A stretch of 64,000 nucleotides of DNA from the NCBI RefSeq assembly GCF_009914755.1, contig NC_060925.1. The stretch is one strand, 5' to 3'. This DNA comes from the human T2T-CHM13v2.0 reference genome, Homo sapiens. The notes below the pieces were generated by a model. That model was not told the origin of the DNA, searched no databases, and was given only the letters and a program-made list of their open reading frames with translations. A program made the translations under genes and the position numbers. The number at the start of each line of letters is the position of its first letter. Position 1 is the stretch's first letter. Of the stretch, positions 1 to 20,069 are shown one piece after another.

Positions 1-1191
1 AGAAGAATTTTTCTTAGTACAGAACAAAATGGAGTCTCCTATGTCTACTTCTTTCTACACAGACACAGTGACAATCTGATCTCTCTTTCTTTTCCCCACA
101 TTTCCCCCTTTTCTATTCGACAAAACCGCCATCGTCATCATGGCCCTTTCTCAATGAGTTATTGGGTACACCTCCCAGATGGGGTGGCGGTGGGGCAGAG
201 GGGCTCCTCACTTCCCAGACGGGGCGGCCAGGCAGAGGTGCCCCCCACCTCCCAGACGCCACAGCTGGCCGGGCGGGGGCTGCCCCCCACCTCCCGGACG
301 GGGCGGCTGGCAGGGCGGAGACACTCCTCACTTCCCAGACGGGGCAGCTGCCAGGTGGAGGGGCTCCTCACTTCTCAGACGGGGTGGCTGCCGGGCGGAG
401 GGGCTCCTCACTTCTCAGATGGGGCGGCCGGTCAGAGACGCTCCTCACCTCCCAGACGGGGTGGCTGCAGGGCAGAGACACTCCTCAGTTCCCAGATGGG
501 GTTGTGTCCAGGCAGAGGCACTCTTCACATCTCAGACGGGGTGGCAGGGCAGAGGCGCTCCCCACGTCCCAGATGATGGGCGGCCGGGCAGAGACGCTCC
601 TCACTTCCTAGAGGGGATGACAGCCGGGAAGAGGCGCTCCTCACTTCCCAGAGTGGGCGGCCGGGCAGAGGGGCTCCTCACATCCCAGACGATGGGTGGC
701 CAGGCAGAGACGCTCCTGACTTCCTAGACGGGGTGGCGGCCGGGCAGAGGCTGCAATCTCGGCACTTTGAGAGGCCAAGGCAGGCGGCTGGGAGGTGGAG
801 GTTGTAGCGAGCCGAGATCACGCCACTGCACTCCAGCCTGGGCAACATTGAGCACTGAGTGAGCAAGACTCCATTTGCAATCCCGGCAACTCGGGAGGCT
901 GAGGCTGGCAGATCACTCGCGGTCAGGAGCTGGAGACCAGCCCGGCCAACACGGCTAAACCCCGTCTCCACCAAAAAATACGAAAACCAGTCAGGCGTGG
1001 CGGTGCGCACCTGCAATCCCAGGCACTCGGCAGGCTGAGGCAGGAGAATCAGGCAGGGAGGTTGCAGTGAGTCGAGATGGCGGCAGTAGTCCAGCCTCAG
1101 CTCAGCATCAGAGGGAGACTGTACAAAGAGGGAGAGGGAGAGGGAGAGGGAGAGGGAGAGGGAGAGGGAGAGGGAGAGGGAGAGGGAGAGG
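1..1191 (-). mobile_element. SVA retrotransposon (5' portion; probably an older SVA_A/B-like subfamily); the 3' end lies left of the window
   Basis: Minus-strand order: (CCCTCT)n hexamer (about 10-11 copies, 1127-1191), Alu-like domain (~750-1120), GC-rich VNTR (~170-750), then SINE-R. The HERV-K LTR start TGTGGGGAAAAG..GAGAGATCAGATTG reads leftward from 100. Confidence 0.96.
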
Positions 1192-1199
1192 CAAAAGAG

Positions 1200-2960
1200 A
1201 ATTTCTTGAGCTTCCCTTAGTGGTATAGGCATATAGGTCATGATTGGCCACCACCAGAGTACAGGCACAAAACCTGGTTGCTTCTCTCACATGAAACAAA
1301 AGGCATCTGCCACTGATGTTGGAGGAAGGAACCCTTCTTACCCTTGGTCCCAGGTATAGGTCACCTGCTGAGTAGAGTTTGACACAAAAGCTACCTATAC
1401 TAGACAAGGAGAGGAGAGTTGCTCTTTCCCAAGACTTCCCATCATTGAAAGGTAGAGTTCCACCACCCCAAAGGGATGTCACAGGAACACTAGGACTCAG
1501 GCACCCATGGCCTGAGGTTTGGTACACATTCAATGCAATCAGTAACTTCAGTTGGTTTTGACCAATCATTTGAATTGGTTGCAGATCCTTTCCTTTAATG
1601 AAGAAAAGCTCTGATATGGGTACAAAGTTTCCATGTTCGGGACAGATTGGCCTTGTCCTTTAGGAAATTATATGAATTGGGATTTCTCTCAACCTAGTTG
1701 TTTTTACCATTATTAAAATTAAGCGACATTCACTTGGATTAAGTGGTGATGAAAAAAATGATGTGAGACTTTCTAGTGATTTTTGAACCCAAGCCTTGTA
1801 TCACTGTTAGGCCTTCATGTGTGTACTTGAAAACAAAACATGTACAAATATTGCACTGGTTTGAAGATTTTAGTGGTGAAAGTGACCTAATCAGTAATCA
1901 GTAGAAACCAATCTTGGAAATATGTGGTTATGCTCTTTTAAAATAGCTGAAAAGAGGGCCCGGTGTGGTGGCTCATGCCTGTAATCCCAGCATTTTGGGC
2001 GGCCAAGGTGGGTAGATCACCTGAGGCCAGGATTTTGAGACCAGCCTGGCCAACACTACCAAACGCTGTCTCTACTAAAAATACAAAAATTTGCTGGGGT
2101 TGGTGGTGCACACCTGTAATCCCAGCTACTTGGGAGGCTGAAGCATGAGAATCACTTGAACCTGGTAGGTGGGGGTAGAAGTTGCAGTGAGCCAAGATCC
2201 TGCTACTGCACTACAGCCTGGACAACAGAGGGAAACTTTGTCTCTAAATAAATAAATAAATAACATAGCTGAAAAAATTACTGTGTGTTTATTCTCACTT
2301 TGTCCTTGTTTTGTTGTATGGTGTTTAAAGAAAAGGAGATTATTTATCCCCATAGTAAATTTCCAAAACTGTTCTTTGCATTTACCATTTTGTTAAATGA
2401 TAGAGAGAAATGTCAATTGTCTTACTTTGATAAGTTTGGCATAGGCCCTGTCACATTTTTGATGCTTTTGGTCATGGTTCTGTGATTAGAATGCTGGCAA
2501 TTAGGTACATGCAAGGAGTATCCTAACCGCTTTAATACAATGGTTTGAAGTGCTTCAGGCAGTAACTACTGGACACCAAATCACAGTGTTTTCATTTGTG
2601 ACATGTTAGAGAGAAATAGGACTTCCTGCAGTACCAACATCCTATTAACTGATCCCTGTGCTTTTAGCTTACAGGGCTTTGACTCCTGGGTCTGAAAAAA
2701 GGCACCTACTCTTGCTAAATCTTGAACATTGATGCCAATCAATGCCTCGTCTTCAGAACCTGGAGAAGATGACAACCAAAATGAACTGCTTTCATGAGAC
2801 ACAAAAGCAGAAATTGAAACCATTCAATCCATCTAGGCCCAACAATCCCACATGCACCTCTCTTCTGCCTCATGCCCCCCTCTTCCTCTAGGCAGAAGAG
2901 ATGGGCACATAAGATTTGTAAAGTCAGAGTTTGAGGAATAAGTTTAGTTCAGAGATTTTC
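1200..2960 (+). mobile_element. Degraded ERV1-class internal remnant, interrupted by an Alu
   Basis: 2639-2695 translates ILLTDPCAFSLQGFDSWV*, resembling the gammaretroviral integrase C-terminal motif (VLLT.P.A.KL.G...WI). Boundaries and family are uncertain. Confidence 0.4.
1957..2263 (+). mobile_element. AluS element
   Basis: Dimeric Alu with (TAAA)n tail; TSD ATAGCTGAAAA on both sides. Confidence 0.95.
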
Positions 2961-2969
2961 TCTTCTTTA

Positions 2970-2988
2970 ATTTTCTTTTCTTTCTTTC

Positions 2989-3027
<39 letters not shown>

Positions 3028-3060
3028 CTCTTTCTTTCTTTCTCTCTCTCTTTCTTTTTG
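2970..3060. repeat. (TTTC)n/(TC)n microsatellite followed by a short minus-strand Alu fragment (to 3086)
   Basis: Direct inspection. Confidence 0.9.
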
Positions 3061-3167
3061 TCTTTTTGGTAGAGACAGGGTTTCACTACATAGCAAAGAT
3101 GTAAAAGCCAGCCAGGCTCACAATAGTATCAAGAAATATCAACTACATAGAAAACATGTGAAAGCCA

Positions 3168-3457
3168 GCCAGGCTCAGCTTCAAATACCAACACTTTGGA
3201 AGGCCGTGGCAGGAGAGTCGCTTGAGCTCAGATGCTTGAAACTAGCCTAGGCAACATAGTGAGCCCTCATCTCTACTGAAAATCAGAAAAATTATCCAGG
3301 TGTGGTGGTGTGAGTCTGTAGTCCCAGGAACTCAGTGGATGAGGCTCTAGGATGTCATAGGCCTGAGAATTCCATGCTGCAGTGAGCTGTGATCGTGCCA
3401 CTGTACTCCAGCCTGGGTGAAAGAGTGAGATCCTGCCTAGAAACAAAAGAAAAAAAA
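3168..3457 (+). mobile_element. Diverged AluJ-like element
   Basis: Degenerate dimeric Alu with A tail; flanked by ATGTGAAAGCC repeats. Confidence 0.8.
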
Positions 3458-3589
3458 TGTGAAAGCCTGTATATTGAAGACTACCAAGTATTGCTGAGAG
3501 CAGTTAAAGACCTTTGGAATAGAAAATGTTCCTCCTTGCATTTCAAGATTGCTTTTGTTTTGGGGGGACACACTATTTTTTAGGAATAT

Positions 3590-5080
<1,491 letters not shown>

Positions 5081-5801
5081 TAATGAGACCTAAAAATTGC
5101 ATCTTTAATATGATAGCTAACCTTTATTAGTTACAGTGTTCATGCTGGGTCAGGTACTGTTTTAAGATCTTAATGGATATTAACTCATTGAATCCCCACA
5201 AGTTCATGGGCACATTCTATTATCCCTGTTTTATAGAGGAGGAAACAGATGTCTAAAGCTAAGTAACTTGCCCAAGCTAACATAGCTAATAAGTAGCAGA
5301 TCCAGTATCAACCTAGGCAGTATAGCTCCTCCGTTTCCTCCACCGTGTGCCGTCGGTTAGTACAGAAATAGAAACCATCACTATGATAGCAAACATAGTG
5401 TTTAGTATTCCTTTCAGCTTATCATTTTATGCTTACCCCTATAAAGTTACACTGGGGAGAAAACAAATAAATGAACTGAGTGTCCATTTATCCTCATCTA
5501 ACATTAATTGTTACATGCCCTGAACAAATAGGAAAAAGACTTATTTCAGAAAACAATATGTATGTAAGTGGCCACTAAAGACAGTTTTCTGTATTGTTTG
5601 TATTCATTCCTGGGACATGTATTTAGAGACTTCTGTGTTCCAGGCTTGTGCTAGATCTGGTAAAACAAAAATGAGTAAAACATGATACTTATTCTCAAGT
5701 ATCTCACACTCCTTCTTCTATGATAGATTCTTATAAGCCCTTTGATATTTAGTAGAGGCAGTTCTTTCCTCCAGAAACTTACAGTGTCCTTTCTGCATTA
5801 G

Positions 5802-5996
5802 GATCTTAGTGCAACATTGCTCTGCAAACTTGGACCAGGGCAGAGTGAGATAGCAGAGGAGCTGTGCCAGCGTCTACAGCGAAAGGAAAGGATGCTGCAG
5901 GACCTTCTAAGTGATCAAAACAAAGAAGTGGTAGAAGATGAAATGGAGATTCAAGGCCTGCTTTGGTCTATGCGCACCGGGGAGCAGGAAAGCCAA
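5802..5996 (+). pseudogene. PDE4DIP: PDE4DIP-like exon (DLSATLLCKLGPGQ...EQESQ)
   Basis: AG/GT-flanked, 195 bp, open frame. Confidence 0.93.
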
Positions 5997-6154
5997 GTAA
6001 GGATTAATGCACAGATCAGAAAAGTATCACATAGTGCATTTATAGTCTGCAAATAGGAAGCATTTGCAGACTATAGACGCATGTATATTTATATATTTTA
6101 CAGTCAACTCTGTTAGTTTCTTTCCTTCTATTTATTACCTAGACCACAGTTTTA

Positions 6155-6287
6155 TTTATTTATTTATTTAGAGGTGGGGGTCTCGCTGTGTTGCGCAGGC
6201 TGGTCTCGAACTCCTGGGCTCAAGCAATCATCCTGCCTTGGCTTCCCAAAGTGCTGGGATTATAGGTGTGAGCTGTTGCACCTGGCC
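6155..6287 (-). mobile_element. FLAM/Alu monomer
   Basis: Alu left-monomer sequence; TSD TAGACCACAGTTTT. Confidence 0.88.
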
Positions 6288-6690
6288 TTAGACCACAGTT
6301 TTACATTAATCATCAAAGTATGAAACATTTCTTGAAAACCTTGCATTTGGAAGGGTGCCTAAACAATACATGTATCCATTAACTTCATTACATACATTTT
6401 CTTTTCCTTAATAATCTGATCATTTTGAGAGAAAGGAGTAGGGGTTGTGAGTGTTTTGGTTTTGATTCTAAATTATTAAGACTTGAGTGATATTTTGCAT
6501 TTCCAGTCAAGGTATGGGAAAACTTACACTCAACATGTTTACTCTTAGTTTTTGTAAAATCTGAGTTATCTTAAGAGGGAAAAAAGATTGCATTTTTCAG
6601 AGGTCATGGTGAGAGTAAACAATCTCATAATAGTATGGGGTATATTAATTTCACAATATTTAAGAAGTAAATTCTTTTTTTTTTTTTGAG

Positions 6691-6854
6691 AAGAGAGAAT
6701 ATGGTGCAAGCCTTAATGGAAAGAAATTCAGAATTACAGGCCCTGCACCAATATTTAGGAGGGAGAGACTCCCTAATGTCCCAAGCACCCATCTCTAACC
6801 AGCAAGCTGAAGTTACCTCCATTGGCCCCCACTCTTGGAGAACAGACTGATCAA
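6691..6854 (+). pseudogene. PDE4DIP: PDE4DIP-like exon (VQALMERNSELQAL...QTDQ); altered 5' end and apparent frameshift near 6830
   Basis: Peptide match; donor GTAAGA at 6855; the expected AAAEK start is eroded. Confidence 0.88.
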
Positions 6855-7020
6855 GTAAGAACTATGGACTTAGATAATTCATGCTGATTCCATTTTCTTT
6901 TTACATTTGAGGTGTAAGTTTGATAATTTTAATACCAAATTCTGAGAATATTCTCAGTACTGTCATTGTGGTCATAGTTCCTGCATCTTCCTAAGTCCCC
7001 CGACTTTTCCAATTTTTTAG

Positions 7021-7102
7021 GGTTCAATGCAGATACCTTCCAGAGATGATAGCACTTCATCGACTGCCAAAGAGGATGCCAGCATACCCAGATGCACATT
7101 AG
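7021..7102 (+). pseudogene. PDE4DIP: PDE4DIP-like exon (GSMQIPSRDDST...); splice donor mutated to ATAAGT
   Basis: TTTTAG acceptor; 82 bp; 7103-7108 reads ATAAGT. Confidence 0.9.
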
Positions 7103-7649
7103 ATAAGTATCAAATTTCATTTCATTAAGGGACTTTGTTTTTCTCTTGTTTTTCCTTCTAGTAATCTCCGTATTAATAGGTTTGGCCAAGACTCTTTTCT
7201 CTTCCTACCTTAATGGAACAAACAAGTTTGGAATTCCTCTGAAAGGCTGAAGAACTGTACTTACCTTATGTTGAGTTGAGGTTATTGCTCTGGGTTCACA
7301 ATTTGGCCAGAGAAACTCTATCATTATTCTCCTTTTCAGATAGCTTTGCAGGGATTCAGAAATGCAGGAGGTTCCAATCCTGCACAGCAGAGCCATGAGC
7401 TGACTTTTTTCCGGGTATCTTTCAAGTCTGGGGCCACTCACTGTAACTTGACGTCACCTACATGAAACTGTTAGGAAGGGTAGGTGGTGTACATTGAGTT
7501 ATTTGCCAAGCCTAGCCCCATTCAGGGGATGGTTTAGAAAAGCCTTACAAGTAGTCATTCTCTAGCAAGAAAGCTTTACACTAATCAAAGAGTAAAAGAA
7601 TGTTGGATTTGTTTTATTTATTCTTTATTTGCCTTTTTAAAAAAGTGTA

Positions 7650-8126
7650 CTTTTCCCTAAAGTTTTTGATTTTGGAAATTTCAAACCTACAGGAAAGTGG
7701 CAAAAATAGTATAGTGAATACTCATATACATTTTTATTCAGACTTACCAGTTATTAACATTCTGCCACATTTGCCTTTTTTCTTTCTATTACACACACAT
7801 ATGTAGTTGTAATGTATTTTCTGAACCACTGGGGAATTTCTTACAGAAATCATGACATTTTATTCCTAAATACTTCAGTAAGTATTGCCTAAGAACAAGG
7901 GCATTCTCCTACATAGCTACAATATAATTATCACACTCAGAAAATTTAACCTTGATATAGGCTTCGTATCTAATATACAGTCCACATTCAGAGTTCCTGT
8001 TGTCCCCATAATGTTCTGTATAGCTACTTTGGTTTCCCCCAACCCAGGGGTTATGCATTGTGCTTAGTTGTCATGTCTCTTAGTCTCTAATCTAGAACAA
8101 TTGTCTAGCTTTTTTTTTTCTTTAGT
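7650..8126 (-). mobile_element. Old L1ME-like fragment, host of the IGF2BP2 retrocopy; resumes at ~11752 and continues, interrupted, to ~14130
   Basis: L1M 3'-type sequence continuous across the retrocopy TSD. Confidence 0.65.
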
Positions 8127-8140
8127 GAGATTTGCATTTT

Positions 8141-11782
<3,642 letters not shown>

Positions 11783-11851
11783 TTAGCTGTGATTGTTTCC
11801 TCATGGTTAGATTCGAGTTAAACATTTTTGGCAGGAATACCATATGGGTGA

Positions 11852-11980
11852 CTTCCTTCCTTCCTTCCCTCCTTCCTTCCTTCCTTCCTTCCTTCCTTCC
11901 TTCCTTCCTTCCTTCCTTCCTCCCTCCCTCCCTCCCTCCCTTCCTTCCTTCCTTCCGTCCTGCCTGGCTGCCTGCCTGCC
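11852..11980. repeat. (TTCC)n/(CTCC)n/(CCTG)n compound microsatellite
   Basis: Direct inspection. Confidence 0.95.
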
Positions 11981-11984
11981 TCTC

Positions 11985-12196
11985 GGTTTCAAGCAATCTT
12001 CCCGCCTCAGCCTCCCAAGTAGCTGGGACTACAGGCATGCGCCACCATGCCTGGCTAGTTTTTTTGTATTTTTTCTTAGAGACAGGGTTTTGCCATGTTG
12101 GCCAGGCTGGTCTGGAACTCCTAGCCTCAAGTGATCCACCTACCTCAGCCTTCTAAAGTGCTGGCATTACAAGAGTGAGCCACCGCGCATGGCCTG
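11985..12196 (-). mobile_element. Partial Alu
   Basis: Left arm plus part of the right arm, adjoining the microsatellite. Confidence 0.88.
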
Positions 12197-12396
12197 GATG
12201 ACATCTTTTTTGGTGCCACACGTCATTGCATGATAATCAGTTTGTGTCATCCTTGGTGATATTAAATTTAGTCATTTAGTTAAGGTTGTAGCTGCCAAAT
12301 CTCTCCATTGTAAAAGGTTTATTTCCCCTTTAGTATATAAGTGATCTGCTGGCTGAATGTAAACTACGTTGGTAGTTTAAAAATAGTGATTTTCAG

Positions 12397-12692
12397 GGTT
12401 GGGCGCGGTGGCTCATGCCTATATCCCAGCACTTTGGGAGGCTGAGGCGGGCAGATCACTTGAGCTCAGGAGTTTGAGACCAGCCTGGCCAACATGGTGA
12501 AACCCTGTCTCTACTATAAAATACAAAAATTAGTCGGGCTTGATGGTGCATGCCTATAATCCCAGCTACTCAGGAGGCTGAGGCAGGAGAATCGCTTGAA
12601 CCTGGAAAGAGGAGAGATTGCCCCACTGCACTCCAGCCTGGAGGACAGAGCAAGACTCAGTCTCAAAAAAAAAAAAAAAAAAAAAAAAAAAG
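12397..12692 (+). mobile_element. AluS element
   Basis: Dimeric Alu with long poly-A; degenerate TSD (..TGATTTTC). Confidence 0.93.
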
Positions 12693-14199
12693 AAATTATG
12701 ATTTTCTGTTTGTAAAATTTCTTCTTTGTTTATTTGTGGGTATTATTTATAAAGAAGAGCTGTCCTTTCCTTATCTCTATACCCCATTTGTTTTTATTAA
12801 TATGGAGTTTTAAAAATCATTATATTATTGATTTTGGTCATTATTTCCTTTAATGCTCAAATTAACCCATATTTGGTCAGTGGGAGCCTCATCAAGCTGT
12901 TTCTCTGAGCCTTTGCCATATCCCCATTAGTTTTTTTTTTTTAGCATAGTTTGATAGTTTCTGGCACAATAAGATGTTCTATGATTACCTTTTGCTTTAC
13001 CTGCCTCAGTCCCAGAATCAGCCATTATCTTAAAGAGCTCCCTGGTTCCTTTTGGTGGGTAATGGCATTCAGAAACTATGATCTGGACACAAGATGTGTT
13101 CATTGCTACATGAATGCCTTTTGCTTCTAGGCCCTTTTAAGAGAACAGAGCTAGCAATGAATATTTTTAAGTATGTTTGTGCGTATTTGTATACATAATG
13201 AAGATTTGATACTGATTTCTGTAATTCCAATTTAACAATATAGGTTCTTTTTTCCCTCATTTCATATTTGTATCTCCTTGAGAGCCCTGGTTACTTATAG
13301 CATCAATATGTTTCAAAATATTTACACATTTGCAGAATACTATAGTATGCAAAGGTAGTTTCAGAATTGCTACATAAATACCACCATCAACAATAAAGTA
13401 TTAAGTAATATTTAAGATTTTTTTGTAATTCTTTTTATCCTTAGGATATTTTGCACTGACAGTGTTCAGTTAGAGTAGTGAGTTCAAAAATTATTTGGAT
13501 TAATTTTTTTATTATCTTCTGGGTAGTTTCATTATCTATTTGCTATATAGCTCTATTTATTTATATTAGTATTCAATTCTAGACATTTTCTCTCCCATTC
13601 ATTGTCAAGCTGACTTACACTTAAAAATTAAACATTTACACAGTTCAAAACTCCAGTATATAAAACAATATACTCAGATGTCCCATATTTCCCTATCCCT
13701 TCTCTCCTGTTTCCACTCATCTCCTTCAGGTAATCAGTTTCATTTCTGGGTTATTCTTCCTGTATATCTTTTTGCAAAAATAAGCAAATGAATCATCTGT
13801 GTATATGTGATGTATATATATATATTCTTATTTCCCCTTTTTCCTAATATAAAACCTACTACCTTAGATGTATTCTTAAGCACATAGCTTGTTTTACTTA
13901 ACATATTCTTAGAATCTCAAAATCAGTCCATAAAAGTTCATAAAGATCATCCTTATTCTTTTTTTACAGCAGTATATAGTGCCATCTGTGAATATACTAT
14001 AGTTTATTCAATCTTTTCTTTATAGCATCTAGGATGATTGCAGTATTTTGCTATGATAAATAATGCTACAAAGAACAATCTGTGTATGTTTTCTTTTTTC
14101 TTATTATTGGAATGTGTCCTCTATAAATTACTCAAAGGAGGCAGCAAATATCACATTATGTTAATAACAATGAAAACTAGTGCTATATTTTCATTTTAG

Positions 14200-14291
14200 G
14201 AGACTTGGACACAGTTGTAGGGCTGGACAAAGAACTGAGTAATGCCAAAGTGGAACTTGAACTCATGGCTAACAAAGAAAGAGAAAGTCAG
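14200..14291 (+). pseudogene. PDE4DIP: PDE4DIP-like exon (DLDTVVGLDKELSNAK...ERESQ)
   Basis: AG/GTGAG-flanked, 92 bp. Confidence 0.92.
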
Positions 14292-14538
14292 GTGAGTTTT
14301 CTAGTCAAGTCTTAATTTCTAAATCCCTATTATTTTTTCTTTCAAAATAGTTTATATTTAAAAGCATATAATTCTCCAAGTATAATATCTGAGTCCAAAT
14401 GCCAGGTATGACTTTTTTCTTTTTGGAGATAAGTTATTTTATATATACATTATCTCAAAAAGATGCTCCTGTTTTTAGATTGGGACCATTAAAACTTATT
14501 AAGTGCTGGAAAAACGTAACCCTCTCTCCCCATTGCTA

Positions 14539-14913
<375 letters not shown>

Positions 14914-15989
14914 TTAGAGTTATGACATTAGACCCATGAAATCAGTTTTAGAAACATGAAACGAGAAATTTGAGTATAATCAATGTTTATTGAGTACTCA
15001 TGTGCAATGTACTGTGCTAGGTATTTAAATTAGCACTAATGCTCACAACTCTACACAAAGTAAGTGGTGTCGGCCCAATTATTATAGACGAAGAAGTTGA
15101 AACACTGATTTCTCTTTTAAAATGGGAGTGGAAAATAGTCAGGTAACTAATAAATGCCAGAGTTATGATTCAAACTCAAGCCTTTTGTGACTTCACATAC
15201 TTCCTAAGAAGATTCATTTCCTAGAGCACATTTTTCCCACCTTATGCTTTAACTCGCTCTAGCATAGAGTTCTCATCAATTTTTTTAGAAGAGGCCTTTC
15301 AGCCTTAGAGATTCCCTTCCCCCTGCCTTTCCTCCACAGCTAGTTGCATATTCAACTATGATGTTGAAGAAATACTAGGACCACAGCGCAGAGTTACAGA
15401 CTGAAACTAAAAGCTTATTTGTTACTATGTTGGCATCTCTTTTAGAAGATCAGTCAGTGTCATGGCTTCCTAAACTCAGTTTAGCTAGCTAGTCCAAATA
15501 GCTCTTAGTTTTTTTTTTTTACCTTTTGCCATAGCTAGATCTGTAATATAAAACCTGTGTTTCTATTTGTGATGGAATTATCATATTTTATCTTTTGATT
15601 TCATTACCATATTTCTGCTTACTAACAGACTCATGTTTTTCAACTCAATTAGTTTTCAGGATATGAGAATGTGTGGCATTTAAGAAATACCAGTTTTAAA
15701 AATCCCCTAGTCTCCCTTCCTTTTTGTGGTTCTACCTTAGCCGTTATCTGAGTATTCATATCAGATATTTTAGTTTCCACATCCTCTTCCTGTGTTTCTC
15801 ACATTTATCAAATCCAGAGTAATGTTACTTTTTGATTCTGTCCTGTTTTCAGGATCATGAAATTGTAATGCCTATGAATAGATATTTTGAGTGAGTGATA
15901 TTTAGCTATTGCTAAATTCCTTTAAAGGGTTTATTTAAAATAATTTGTCCTTACCATAAAGATTGTATGGATATATGGTATCTACAGGA

Positions 15990-17021
<1,032 letters not shown>

Positions 17022-17607
17022 TATTATCATGATTTTTAATGAACTTTGTCATAACCAAGTACTTGTCATTTTCTGGTGAGAACACTGAAAGTTTAGGGCA
17101 TGTAGTGCCAGCTTTTGGCAATATTTCTTCATAGGTGGTGGCGTGTTCTTCCATCAGGAGGCATGTAATGTTTGGTGATCTCTTGTGATGTTAGCAGCTG
17201 TTGCTGTTTGATGCCTTATCCATTAATTCATTAAGGGTTGCAAAATGGAGATATCCTAATGCTATCATTGTTTTCATTTGTTAGGTGAAATACATAAAAA
17301 CTTCATCTCTTCTTGCTTCTGCTAATGGTGACCATTCTTTTTCAGTATCATAATAAGCTTGTTAAACAAATTTGATGTGTTTCATAGTGCCAGCTAAAGT
17401 GGAAGACATCATTAAGAACAACTATGACATCTTCCCATAAAACATCCTTTGTTACCATACTGCATGGATTATTGATTTGATGCTGTAGAGCCCTATTCAT
17501 GTTCTCGTTTTCTTTTGCATTACTGGCTGATAGTGATATGATATGCAAAAGCATTTGCCTCAGTGTTAAAATGTAAACATGGCAGACATTGTTTCCTCTT
17601 TTCACAG

Positions 17608-17698
17608 ATGGAACTTTCTGCTCTACAGTCCATGATGGCTGTGCAGGAAGAAGAGCTGCAGGTGCAGGCTGCTGATATGGAAAGAAGATCTCATAAAG
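17608..17698 (+). pseudogene. PDE4DIP: PDE4DIP-like exon (MELSALQSMMAVQEEELQ...) with an internal ~26-bp frameshifting deletion
   Basis: 91 bp; lacks the SLTRNIQI codons expected between ADME and KEDLIK. Confidence 0.88.
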
Positions 17699-17925
17699 GT
17701 CTTTCAAAACTTTTTAAAGACCACTGGAAATGTTCACAGCTCAGAATACTTGTAGGGCCTCTTCAGACAATATTTGCACACATTGACTCCCTTGGCCAGT
17801 GATTATCCATATCCCACTTGAAAGTATAGGCAGAATATTTCAAGAACATTTGTTCCCATGCTCCCCTCTGCTGAATAATCCTTTTATTACTATTTTCACA
17901 TCCACACTTATTTTTTGACTTCTAG

Positions 17926-18063
17926 GACCTGCAAATGCAACTGGTTGATCCTGAAGACATAAGAGCTATGAAACGCCTGACCCAGGAAGTCTTACTTCTT
18001 TGGGAAAAAGTTGCTTCAGTAGAATCCCAGGGTCAAGAAATTTCAGGAAACCAAAGACAACAG
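17926..18063 (+). pseudogene. PDE4DIP: PDE4DIP-like exon (DLQMQLVDPED...NQRQQ)
   Basis: AG/GTAAG-flanked, 138 bp. Confidence 0.93.
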
Positions 18064-18089
18064 GTAAGTTATTGGAATATAAACCTTAT

Positions 18090-18396
<307 letters not shown>

Positions 18397-19362
18397 TAAT
18401 TTTTCTACTGTGAAATAAACCATGGTAAAGCTGTCAATCTCAGCTATTTGTGGAGGGTTAGTTGATGGTATTTCAGAGAGAAACTGTGCTCTGAAGTTTC
18501 TTACTTTGGTCGGTAGCAGCTATAGATGCCCCTTTCTGACATTTGTAGTTCTGAAAAGAGCAGCAGTTCTTTTGGACACATACCAATAGTTATCCTCACA
18601 CTCATACCTAAGTCACCTCCCTCTCAACTGAATCTTTCTCTTTTATCTGCATTTAACCATGTTCAAATCTCTCCCAGTCAAAAAAAAAAAAAGAAAGAGA
18701 AAGAAACCCCTACATTTGCCCCAAATTTCTTTGTAGCTACAGCCCCATTTAACTTTTCTTCAATGCCAGACTTTTCCAAAAGACTCATCTCTCTCACTAA
18801 CTACTCACCCCACTCCATTCTGGCTTTTAACTCTACCTTAAACAACTCTGGTTATACATTATCATAGCTCATTACCTTTATAGCACTTATTACACTCACA
18901 ATGACACACATCTATGATTAATGAATGTCTTTTTCCTCCCCTAGATAGTAAGCTTCCCCCTAGAACCTAGAACAGAGTCTGTCCCATAGAAGGTGCTCAG
19001 TAAATATTAATTGAATGAATGAAGAATACTAGTAAGTCCTATTACATACATTTCCCTCTTGCTTGTCCTGTTTCCCTCTTACTCTTTTCTCTTAGCTGCT
19101 TTCCTGTGCTTCTAGCTTCTCTCCTTTTTCTTCTTTTTGCTCCCATGTTTGAATTCTACCTTACAGGTTTTAAAGATTAAAAAAAAGATAATATGACACT
19201 GATTCAAAAACCATAAAATAGTATCAAAAGCTTAAGTACTAAGATAGTGGGCTTTTTAAGTCATAGTACATGCTAATGCATTTTCTTGTTTCTCAGGATT
19301 AACTGTGGTTTCATGTCTCACTGTGCCATTTGCGTATTGCTTCTTCTCTCTTCTTTTCTCAG

Positions 19363-19475
19363 TTGCTGCTGATGCTAGAAGGACTAGTAGATGAACGGAG
19401 TCGGCTCAGTGAGGCCTTACAAGCAGAGAGACAGCTCTATAGCAGTCTGGTGAAGTTCCATGCCCATCCAGAGAG
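19363..19475 (+). pseudogene. PDE4DIP: PDE4DIP-like exon (LLLMLEGLVDERSRL...HAHPE)
   Basis: AG/GTAAG-flanked, 113 bp. Confidence 0.93.
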
Positions 19476-19847
19476 GTAAGAGAGTGGCTGTTTTTTCTTT
19501 TATTCTTTATTGAAATTTTTATTTCTTTTACTATTGTATTCTTTTTATGCCTTTTATTCTTCATTAAGTGCAGATGCTTATGATACTGAAGAGGGGAGAA
19601 AAAACAGGGACAATTACCAGGGCCACCCACTTTGTCATTTGTTTTATGAATTGCTCTGAGCCTCAGTGTCAAAATCTTAAGTCGGGAATAGTGCCTGTTT
19701 CATACAGCTATTGCAGAGATTAAATAAGAAGACAGCTTTGGTGTCTAAAACAATGCCTTGTATATACTAAGCACTCAATGTATGTTCATTTCTTTTCTGT
19801 GATCCATGTCCTGTTAAAGGCTGTTCTATTACAAACATAAGGCTATA

Positions 19848-20069
<222 letters not shown>

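Noticed and set aside
113-1569. Several 140-196 aa ORFs
   Set aside because: They arise from the SVA VNTR, Alu-like domain and hexamer repeat (SLSLSL/LPLPLP); not genes.
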